From NCBI GenBank assembly GCA_963549285.1, contig CAUUYF010000001.1, positions 25,683 through 89,682 on the forward strand: 64,000 nucleotides of DNA, read 5' to 3'. Each line of letters starts with the position of its first letter. The stretch's first letter is position 1. The stretch is from an uncultured Candidatus Saccharibacteria bacterium. Its GTDB lineage: Bacteria; Patescibacteriota; Saccharimonadia; Saccharimonadales; Saccharimonadaceae. A program made the position numbers and the translations under genes. Positions 45,857-53,493 of the stretch are shown here, in pieces. Below the pieces are notes generated by a model. It was given only the letters and a program-made list of their open reading frames with translations, ran no database searches and had not been told where the DNA came from.

Positions 45857-46328
45857 GGTGCTAAGCTTCTTCGTTAATCTTTCATTTATATATCATATCT
45901 GTAATTTCCCTATATATACATAACTCTATGCGTACGAGCAGTACAGGTGGTCTCCTCAGGCCTGGCGACGTAGCTAGCACCACTGGCAATTGCTAGCTTA
46001 CTGCTGTATCAACAGCCTTCGTCAACCACACTGTACTACTCGTACCTAGGAATGCCTGCTTTAATTGAGATTAGATTAAGAAATGAGACTAGGGAAATTA
46101 CAGACATAACCTTCCTTCCGCCTCAAAGGGTGTCTTTCGTCCTTCGTCTGCGTCAGTCATTTCCTGAAGACTGTGCACGCTTGAAGCTCAGCAGTGCACG
46201 AGCCAGCCAGGCGGGTCTGAAGGAAATGATGACGAGACGAAGAGTGGGGGTGCTAAGTAGCAGAGCCTGAGGAGACCACACTGCACTACTCGCACCAACT
46301 CAAGCTATGCGTATAGGGAAATTACAGA
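45857..46328 (+). repeat. L element copy 5 (both arms present, 3' arm decayed)
   Basis: 5' arm TCTGTAATTTCCC...GTACGAGCAGTACAGGTGGTCTCCTCAGG and 3' arm CCTGAGGAGACCACACTGCACTACTCGCAC...GGGAAATTACAGA. Type-II variable hairpin shared with copy 3, and a divergent module-B hairpin. Confidence 0.88.
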
Positions 46329-46387
46329 CTTTACTGTGAGACACGAGGGCGGATCATGGAAGAGAGGGCAATGGTATAATTGTAGCC

Positions 46388-47047
46388 ATGATAGCCATGG
46401 CCATTGTCCTAGGCACCACCCTAGGCGTCACTCTAGTGTCGCTAGTCTTGCATGAGATAATGCACGGACTAGTGGCGCACTGGCTGGGCGACGACACAGC
46501 CAAGCGAGAAGGGCGTCTGACGCTTAACCCGGCACCTCATATCGACCCCTACCTGACCATCGTACTGCCGGCAATAGCCATATTGGCAACCGCCTCGGGC
46601 ACACCGATGCCGATCTTCGGCGGGGCTAAGCCGGTACCGATAAACACCAAACGGCTAAAAGGTGGCGACTGGGGTGCCGCCCTAGTTGCGCTAGCAGGAC
46701 CGCTGACCAACCTAGTGCTAGCTTTTATCTGCTTTATCATATCTAGGTGTCTACGGATTGACCAGGCTGGTCTAGCAGGTCAGCTCATCGGTCAAGCGGA
46801 AGTAATCAACTTGAGCCTCTTTGCCTTTAACCTGCTACCCATGCCACCGCTAGATGGCTCACGCTTGCTCTATGCTTTTGCCCCGCCGGGAGCTAGGCGA
46901 GTGATGGATAAGATGGAGCGGTACGGCGTGGCGGTGGTTTTCCTGGTCGTATTATTAGCCGGGACGATTGTGAGCGGACTGGTGATCAATATCGCTCGAG
47001 GGGCAGAGGGCTGCTTCACCGTCGTCGCTAAGTGGTTCGGCCTCTAG
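46388..47047 (+). CDS. site-2 protease family (peptidase M50) membrane metalloprotease
   Basis: LHEIMHGLVAHWLGD (HExxH), NLLPMPPLDGSRLL. ATG is 7 nt after TGGTATAAT. Confidence 0.85.
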   Translation: MIAMAIVLGTTLGVTLVSLVLHEIMHGLVAHWLGDDTAKREGRLTLNPAPHIDPYLTIVLPAIAILATASGTPMPIFGGAKPVPINTKRLKGGDWGAALVALAGPLTNLVLAFICFIISRCLRIDQAGLAGQLIGQAEVINLSLFAFNLLPMPPLDGSRLLYAFAPPGARRVMDKMERYGVAVVFLVVLLAGTIVSGLVINIARGAEGCFTVVAKWFGL

Positions 47048-47086
47048 GGTAGTGGGTAATTTGCCGGTCAATGATATAATTAGGTT

Positions 47087-47213
47087 AGGTCTAGCCTGTA
47101 GTTTATTTCCTAACGACGCATTAGAAAGGGGCTCTAATGGTAGCTAACCGTGGTTAGTTATTGCGAGCACCCGCCTTGTCCTAGATGGGGATTCTAATAC
47201 GCCAGGCTAGACC
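47087..47213 (+). ncRNA. candidate structured 5' leader / cis-regulatory RNA upstream of the Nudix-RNase H gene
   Basis: TGATATAAT at 47072-47080. 11-bp closing stem GGTCTAGCCTG/CAGGCTAGACC. Internal hairpins CATTAGA-aaggggc-TCTAATG and AGCTAACC-gtg-GGTTAGTT. An alternative partner TTCTAATACG exists for GCATTAGAA. Confidence 0.4.
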
Positions 47214-47255
47214 ATCCGGAAGTTGAAATATTTGAGTAATAAATATCAGGTGGGC

Positions 47256-48110
47256 ATGCGACAAAAAGTAGTCATCAGGGCGCTGGTAGAGCGACAAGGC
47301 AAGATTTTATTGCTGCGCCGAGTCGGTGGTCGCCCGTCGATTAGCGGGCTATACGAGCTGCCGGGCGGTTCGCTCCATGTCGGCGAGCAGCCGGTGGACG
47401 CACTGAAGCGGAGCTTGCAGATTCATGCCGGTATCGAGCCGGAGACCTTCTGTCTGCGTGATGTTGTCAGCTTCATCGATCCTGACTACCAGAACACCCA
47501 GTATGTTTTCATTGTCTATAGCACAACTATTGATAGAGGCGATAAAGTCACAACGGACGACGAATACGATAAAATCCGCTGGGTTAAGTTGTCAGATATA
47601 CATTATAGCCAGCTAACCTCATCCACTAATATTCTACTAGACATAGCTAAGTTTGACAGTGGTGGCGACAAAGCCACTCCCGACCAGACGGCGACTCGGC
47701 AGACGGCTATTATTCACTCGGACGGTGGCTCTAGAGGCAACCCTGGCCCATCAGCCAGTGCTTATATTATCACTGATCGCTCCGGGCAGACTGTCCTAGC
47801 CCAGGGTGGCAAGTTCATCGGCTATAGTAATAGCGGCATGGCGGAATACATCGGGGTGGAGCTGGGGCTGGCTAAGGCGGTCGAGCTGGGGCTAACTGAT
47901 GTTGATTTCTATAGTGATAACCTGATGGTGGTTAACCAGATTAACGGTATCTTCAAGGTGCATAACCCCGAGTTTATCGACGTCTATAATAGGGTGGTCA
48001 AGCTACTGTTTAACTTTCGGCGGGTACACTTTCACCACATCCACCGTGAGTACAACAGCCTAGCCGACAGCCTGGTCAACAAGATACTGGATGAGCATCA
48101 GGGTAGGTAA
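47256..48110 (+). CDS. Nudix hydrolase fused to RNase HI-like (RVT_3 type) domain
   Basis: N-terminal Nudix fold (ELPGGSLHVGEQPVDALKRSLQIHAG). C-terminal IIHSDGGSRGNPGPSASAY...AEYIGVELGLAKA...DNLMVVNQ...REYNSLADSLVN is the RNase H DEDD pattern. Confidence 0.78.
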   Translation: MRQKVVIRALVERQGKILLLRRVGGRPSISGLYELPGGSLHVGEQPVDALKRSLQIHAGIEPETFCLRDVVSFIDPDYQNTQYVFIVYSTTIDRGDKVTTDDEYDKIRWVKLSDIHYSQLTSSTNILLDIAKFDSGGDKATPDQTATRQTAIIHSDGGSRGNPGPSASAYIITDRSGQTVLAQGGKFIGYSNSGMAEYIGVELGLAKAVELGLTDVDFYSDNLMVVNQINGIFKVHNPEFIDVYNRVVKLLFNFRRVHFHHIHREYNSLADSLVNKILDEHQGR

Positions 48111-48230
48111 GTGTGGGCGCATGGCGTGACGCCGTGTTATTGCGCTAGTCGGTAGCGGTCGTCCAAGTTCGTGCGCTGGCTCTCTGCTATATATCAGCAA
48201 GGCTCATTTGTTATAATCTTCATAAGCACT

Positions 48231-51200
48231 ATGAATAGACATAATAGTTATCAACAGCCGGAAGTGACAGCGAACGACGCCAATGCCAAGCAGTGGCAGA
48301 GTGACGTGCCGGAACAAGGAGCTAGTAAAGTAGATAACTACGGCAACGCCAGTGATGTCAATGGCTATAAAAATGCTAACGATACCAACCGCACGTCAGA
48401 TCAAGGCGAGACCGTTGAAGTCCGGGTAATCAAAGGCGACCGGGACGAACCTAATAACGGCGAGCCCGGTCAGGTAGGGCAGGGCGGTCAAGCTGGTCAG
48501 ACCGTCCGGACTGATACCGATGAGTCGCAATATAGCACTAACGTTGACCCGGAAGAGCGGAGCGGTCGAGTTGCTCAGGCCGGTGCTGAGGTACAGCCTA
48601 AGAAAAGAGGGATAATAGAGCTACTTGGCTCCAGCCCGCTAGGTGTCATGGCGCAGACAGCGCTCGACTCGGTAAGACAACTTCGAACAAAGAAGCAAGA
48701 ATATAAACAGGCGTGGCTAATCAGACGCATATTGAATATGTCGTCTAGTGCCGTTGATCACAGCAAGCAAGAGGCGCTAGAGCAACAGCGGAAGCACGCT
48801 CAACTTAATCAGCTGGTTGAAGACGGCGAACTTGACTTATCTAACAAGCGAGTCTTGCAAACCTATATGGATAAGATGAGGACAAGAACGGCAATAAGTG
48901 ACGAGGTCGCCGAGTCAGACTCCAAGTTTATTTCCAAGATGCTGCGAGAGGGTAAAATCAACTTATCTGACCCGGAGATGGCCAAAGGGTTTCTGGATAC
49001 TCGTGAAAACTATCATAACAAGTATTTTGGTATACGAGAGGCACTTGAGCTGGGTAAGCTTGATCTATCCAATGAGGATATCAAGCGCCATTTCTTAGAT
49101 TCGCTTGCTGACGTCAAGGCTGATAGTGTAGCTTTACTTGACGCCTCTGGTCTTCCTATTGAGGAGATTGCAACTAATGAACACATCCAGCAAGTCATCG
49201 TCGATGAAACAAGTAAAAGGGTGCATTCAATAGAGACAAATAGCTATGACAACGATGAATTATCTTCGGTAGATAAAGCCGGCGATTCATACCGCTTTGG
49301 CATCATTGATGCAATTTGTGCTACCGAGGATGGTAGACAACGCTTAGCTGACTCGATAAATAAAGCCTCCGGATGCGAGAGCATTCAAGATGTGGGTGAG
49401 AAGATTGAGAACAACATACTGTGGGGCATTAATCCTAGAAACGAACGGTCTCGTAGTAGCCCATACGACAAGCTTATCCATAATAGTGCTCTCATCCAGA
49501 ACGTCGCCAAATATAACAGCGTGCTCAGAAAGCTCGGCTGGGAGCCACTGAAGAAAGATGAGTCACTCGCTAAGTTATTTTATACATACGTAGACTACGG
49601 GATTCAAGAAGAAGAAAGAGCTAAGAGACGAATTGATCTTCAAGATAGAGCATACAAGCTAGGTCTTATTACCCCCGAAGTTACTGACCGATTATATGAC
49701 CGTCAATTCAACGTGCTATTCAGAGAGGCGAGAAATGGATTTACATGGATACTGGATAGTGATGGTGGCGACGCATTCCTATCCGGCCATGTTGTTAGTC
49801 CTGATCTAGTTCCAAGTGGTAACGACCTAACGGCTAACTACTGGCGGGAACAATCTAGCTACTTGGGCAATGATGCGATGCGGCTCTGTATGGCGCAGGC
49901 ATACGGTATGACCTTCTTAGAAGATCGGTGGACACTTAAGCTATCCGACCTGATAGACAAGAAGGGCATTCTCAAGGATGCATTCTTTCAAAATCGTCCA
50001 GGATCATTCCTACGAGACGTCTACAATGCTCAAGAGACTTATGATTCTTGTGACGGCGAGGAATACGCAAGGACTGTTAGATTTCTGGAAGCGCACAAGG
50101 ATCAGACTAGAAAAGCCGACGGCAGCAGAGCACTGGTCAATCTGCTGGGCAAGATGAAAAATGAAAATGGCGGTTATGACATGAAAGCTATTATTGATCT
50201 ACAGCGCTTAACCGGTCTTACCTATAACTATAAGAAGTTGTTTGATGCCAATGGTCTGAAACCGGAAGTCTGGCAAGATGCTTTCTCACGAGGGGGTTAC
50301 CTTGCGATTCTTAGGTGCTCTCAAAACCAAGACGAAGCTGGCAAGAAGCGGATGGGGCTGGATGACAAGCAGATAGCGGTCGCAAGAGGCTATAGTAGTA
50401 TTAGTGAAGGCAATGACTGGAATGACTCTCGAAGTCTCTTCGAATCATATGTTAGAGAACATTACGATGAACTGACTATCGACCAAATCAAGTGGACAGC
50501 AAGCATCATGGCTCGCCTGTCCAACTCTAACGCCAGTGAACTGGCTGATCGTTCCGAGGCTTTCACTCGTGAGCTACTCAAGCTGGATACAGACAAGATC
50601 CCTGAGGCTCTAGATAAGATCGAGGATGTCTATATTCATAATCACTTACCCTACGTCGGCAAGAACTACCTAGTCTTCCGGACAATGCATCCGTCAGATA
50701 ATCTGGAAAATGATTTTCACTTTGACAATGGCCGGATCAGCCCCGTCCTTCAGCAAGCCACCGGCGATATAAGGAGCGGCAAGTTGGATCAGATGCTCAA
50801 TAGCAGGGATGCCATCATCATCTCGGACCTGCTCCGAGCCTCGCTCGGCTCTAATAACCGCTCAATCAGGGAGTATCTAGCTACCCTAAAGAACGGCCAA
50901 GCTCTACTTGATCAGCTGAGCTCGGGCGAACTGGCTTGGGATGCCTTTAACCAGCCAACTAGCCTGATGGATAAAGACACTAAGGCTAATTATGACACCC
51001 TCAGTACCTTTGCTTGGCACTTAACTACTCTCTACAACAGCACCTTACCCGGTAAAGAACATCCCTATCAGCTGATCCATCAGCAAGCAGGTCAGTCGAA
51101 CACCAAAAACCAACTAGACCACCCCAACGCTCTCCAAACCGACTTCGCTAACCTGACTAGCCTGATCAAACCCAACAGCCGATATACTCTGGCTGACCGA

Positions 51201-52943
51201 GCCGTCCGTTACTTTGCTCACTTCGTCGGTATCGAGGATTTAGCCGGTGCTGAGCGGTACATGGATAATATCGTCAAAGAGGCAGATGCCAGAAACCGCA
51301 AAACAGCTGAATACCTTGCTACTACGAAGGAGCCTAAGCTCCAGCCCGGTGACCTGGTCAAAGGTATGGGCGGCACCAGAGGCAGTGGTATCCGTTACCT
51401 ATCTTACGCTTTCCAGAATGGCTCTATCTCTAAAGAGTACTTAGGTGATGCGTCTCGTAGTGACACTACGCCACTGGATGCTGATGTGAGTATAGTCCTG
51501 TACGGCGAACAGACGATTGACCAAACCATGGATAATATGCTAGCTGACGGTTATGGCTGGGGTCTCTGGACGGTGCTGAGACCCGACAAGGATAGATTCA
51601 TTGTCACTCGACGTGACGAAGGTGAAGCCGACCAAAGTGTCTATGATCTGAGTGTGCCCGATGCTAACTTTGACCGTACCGACCTCACTCAGGAAGAGAT
51701 TGACCGTCGTCTCAAGGAGATAGCGGAAGCTAAGCGCCATCGCCGAGAGGGGTTGTCCAAGCTGGAAATCTTTGCTACCGGTGTAGATGGCGAGGGTCAC
51801 TATGGCATCCGGACCGGCTTTGGTATGGATAAAGTTAGCTTCTTCGTCGCTATCCCTGCTTCCTATGGCATTACCCCCGTCTCCGAAGTCACTAAGCTGG
51901 AGATCGCCCTGGGTGGCTTCTATATCCCGATCGTAGAGAGAGACAGTGAGGAGCTAGTCTTCACCCCGGCTGACTATGACAAGATGAGGGAGCAGATGTC
52001 CGGCCTCAGCTACTACCATACCGGTGACTATGTCTTCGCCCCGGATAGTGAGCTGGAGCTCCCTTCTACCGATGTCGGTAAGACTACCATTCCTAGCACT
52101 ACCACCATCATCAGTGAACTCCCAACTAGCATAGCCGAGACTGATCATAAGCATGAAGTGATCAATCAGGCCATCAAGCAGGCTATCACTGGCATCCCTG
52201 AGCTAAACCTCAGCTATAAAGACTACCTAGATGGTGACCTAACCGAGAATATAGTTGAGATGATCGATACCGGCTCAACCGGCAGACAGACTAATGCTCC
52301 CGGCTCCGGTGACTTTGACTACGTGGCTAGACTGGATAGAAGTATCCTTAATGATCCGACCAAGAAGCAGCAGATCGCTGATGCGCTCCTTACTGCCTTT
52401 GGTAGAGAGAATGATGGTAGCGCCATAGTCAATGGTAACCTTCGCCTCAAACAAGTATCTATCGATGGACTAACCGAACCAGCTGACATTGACATCACCT
52501 TCGTTCAGAAGACTAACAAAGTCCAATACTCGACTGATATGGCACTGACTGACCGTTTAACTAACATTAAGAAACAGTCGGAGCATAAATACCACCAAGT
52601 CCTGGCTAACGTCATCTACGCCAAGCAGTTCCTCAAGGCTGCCGGTGCCTACAAGCCAAGACGCAGTCCCGAGGCAGAAGGAGTGGGCGGACTAGGCGGT
52701 GTCGGCATCGAGAACTGGGTTCTGCAGCATGGCGGCTCATTCAAACAAGCTGCTAGAGACTTCCTGAGTGTAGCTGACAACTACTCCAGCTTTGAGGACT
52801 TCCGTACCTACTACCCGGTCTGGGACTATGGTGAGAACCATAAAGGCATTCGCAGTAAGCCCCACGACAACTTCGTTGCTGACAATATGAACCAAGAGGG
52901 CTATGAGCGGATGAAAGAGGCGCTCAGGACAGTGGTGGGGTAG
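48231..52943 (+). CDS. giant protein (about 1570 aa) with C-terminal Pol-beta-type nucleotidyltransferase domain resembling class I CCA-adding/poly(A) polymerase heads
   Basis: Disordered N-terminus and long helical middle. C-terminal TGSTGRQTNAPGSGDFDYVARLD (G[GS]-x9-13-DxD), ADIDITFV (third carboxylate strand) and KQFLKAAGAYKP...GLGGVGIENWVLQHGGSF (compare K.FLK..G.YG...GFSGY..ELL...GSF). ATG 48231 lies after TGTTATAAT. Confidence 0.6.
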   Translation: MNRHNSYQQPEVTANDANAKQWQSDVPEQGASKVDNYGNASDVNGYKNANDTNRTSDQGETVEVRVIKGDRDEPNNGEPGQVGQGGQAGQTVRTDTDESQYSTNVDPEERSGRVAQAGAEVQPKKRGIIELLGSSPLGVMAQTALDSVRQLRTKKQEYKQAWLIRRILNMSSSAVDHSKQEALEQQRKHAQLNQLVEDGELDLSNKRVLQTYMDKMRTRTAISDEVAESDSKFISKMLREGKINLSDPEMAKGFLDTRENYHNKYFGIREALELGKLDLSNEDIKRHFLDSLADVKADSVALLDASGLPIEEIATNEHIQQVIVDETSKRVHSIETNSYDNDELSSVDKAGDSYRFGIIDAICATEDGRQRLADSINKASGCESIQDVGEKIENNILWGINPRNERSRSSPYDKLIHNSALIQNVAKYNSVLRKLGWEPLKKDESLAKLFYTYVDYGIQEEERAKRRIDLQDRAYKLGLITPEVTDRLYDRQFNVLFREARNGFTWILDSDGGDAFLSGHVVSPDLVPSGNDLTANYWREQSSYLGNDAMRLCMAQAYGMTFLEDRWTLKLSDLIDKKGILKDAFFQNRPGSFLRDVYNAQETYDSCDGEEYARTVRFLEAHKDQTRKADGSRALVNLLGKMKNENGGYDMKAIIDLQRLTGLTYNYKKLFDANGLKPEVWQDAFSRGGYLAILRCSQNQDEAGKKRMGLDDKQIAVARGYSSISEGNDWNDSRSLFESYVREHYDELTIDQIKWTASIMARLSNSNASELADRSEAFTRELLKLDTDKIPEALDKIEDVYIHNHLPYVGKNYLVFRTMHPSDNLENDFHFDNGRISPVLQQATGDIRSGKLDQMLNSRDAIIISDLLRASLGSNNRSIREYLATLKNGQALLDQLSSGELAWDAFNQPTSLMDKDTKANYDTLSTFAWHLTTLYNSTLPGKEHPYQLIHQQAGQSNTKNQLDHPNALQTDFANLTSLIKPNSRYTLADRAVRYFAHFVGIEDLAGAERYMDNIVKEADARNRKTAEYLATTKEPKLQPGDLVKGMGGTRGSGIRYLSYAFQNGSISKEYLGDASRSDTTPLDADVSIVLYGEQTIDQTMDNMLADGYGWGLWTVLRPDKDRFIVTRRDEGEADQSVYDLSVPDANFDRTDLTQEEIDRRLKEIAEAKRHRREGLSKLEIFATGVDGEGHYGIRTGFGMDKVSFFVAIPASYGITPVSEVTKLEIALGGFYIPIVERDSEELVFTPADYDKMREQMSGLSYYHTGDYVFAPDSELELPSTDVGKTTIPSTTTIISELPTSIAETDHKHEVINQAIKQAITGIPELNLSYKDYLDGDLTENIVEMIDTGSTGRQTNAPGSGDFDYVARLDRSILNDPTKKQQIADALLTAFGRENDGSAIVNGNLRLKQVSIDGLTEPADIDITFVQKTNKVQYSTDMALTDRLTNIKKQSEHKYHQVLANVIYAKQFLKAAGAYKPRRSPEAEGVGGLGGVGIENWVLQHGGSFKQAARDFLSVADNYSSFEDFRTYYPVWDYGENHKGIRSKPHDNFVADNMNQEGYERMKEALRTVVG

Positions 52944-52951
52944 AGGTTGCT

Positions 52952-52995
52952 GTCGGGTCAGACAAAATGTAAACATTTTGCTTGCCCCGACAGAC
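52952..52995. repeat. 44-bp direct repeat copy 1, internally palindromic
   Basis: GTCGGGTCAGACAAAATGTAAACATTTTGCTTGCCCCGACAGAC. It recurs at 53112-53155 with one mismatch and contains a 19-bp imperfect hairpin. Confidence 0.85.
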
Positions 52996-53111
52996 ATCAT
53001 TATATCCCCGGTGGGTATATAATGACTTCGGTGAAGCTCAGATCAAACCCTGAGATATCTCTCATAACCGAGGAAGACTTATGCTCCTGGCAGACACCAT
53101 TATTTTTGCCT

Positions 53112-53155
53112 GCCGGGTCAGACAAAATGTAAACATTTTGCTTGCCCCGACAGAC
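53112..53155. repeat. 44-bp direct repeat copy 2
   Basis: GCCGGGTCAGACAAAATGTAAACATTTTGCTTGCCCCGACAGAC. Confidence 0.85.
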
Positions 53156-53156
53156 G

Positions 53157-53180
53157 AAAATAACGCCCCTCACGGGGCGT
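53157..53180 (-). terminator. terminator after tRNA-Ile (minus strand)
   Basis: The minus strand reads ACGCCCC-gtga-GGGGCGT followed by TATTTT. Confidence 0.7.
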
Positions 53181-53196
53181 AAGTCTTCCTCGGTTA

Positions 53197-53273
53197 TGGT
53201 GGGCGATTCAGGACTTGAACCTGAGACCTCGTCATTATCAGTGACGCGCTCTAACCAGCTGAGCTAATCGCCC
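53197..53273 (-). tRNA. tRNA-Ile (anticodon GAT), CCA encoded
   Basis: Reverse complement GGGCGATTAGCTCAGCTGGTTAGAGCGCGTCACTGATAATGACG..., anticodon loop CTGATAA. Confidence 0.9.
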
Positions 53274-53300
53274 AAGTTACTCTATTGTAACACCTAAAAG

Positions 53301-53377
53301 TGGTGGAGATAAAGAGGCTCGAACTCTTGACCTCCTGCTTGCAAAGCAGGCGCTCTAGCCAACTGAGCTATATCCCC
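53301..53377 (-). tRNA. tRNA-Ala (anticodon TGC), CCA encoded
   Basis: Reverse complement GGGGATATAGCTCAGTTGGCTAGAGCGCCTGCTTTGCAAGCAGG... with a G3:U70 pair. TTGCGT-18-TAGAAT promoter upstream on the minus strand. Confidence 0.9.
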
Positions 53378-53493
53378 ACGCCATGCATTCTACCAGATAC
53401 GGGCGAATTGACGCAAGGCGGTGTGAGGGGGGTGCTTAGCGGTGAACATAGCCGAATTAGGGGTGAATTAGTGTATAATGCTTGTATAAATAT

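Noticed and set aside
11578-46328. L elements as integron attC sites or a CRISPR-like array, given the nearby tyrosine recombinase at 29486-30439.
   Set aside because: The units are 0.4-0.6 kb and irregularly spaced (1 to 17 kb apart). They are separated by housekeeping genes (holA, thrS, tRNAs) rather than cassettes or spacers. They lack RYYYAAC/GTTRRRY core sites, and the recombinase has ordinary XerC/D motifs.
52947-53132. 61-codon ORF between the giant gene and tRNA-Ile.
   Set aside because: It starts and ends inside the two 44-bp direct repeats and has no RBS. Its sequence is dominated by the repeat and hairpin structure.
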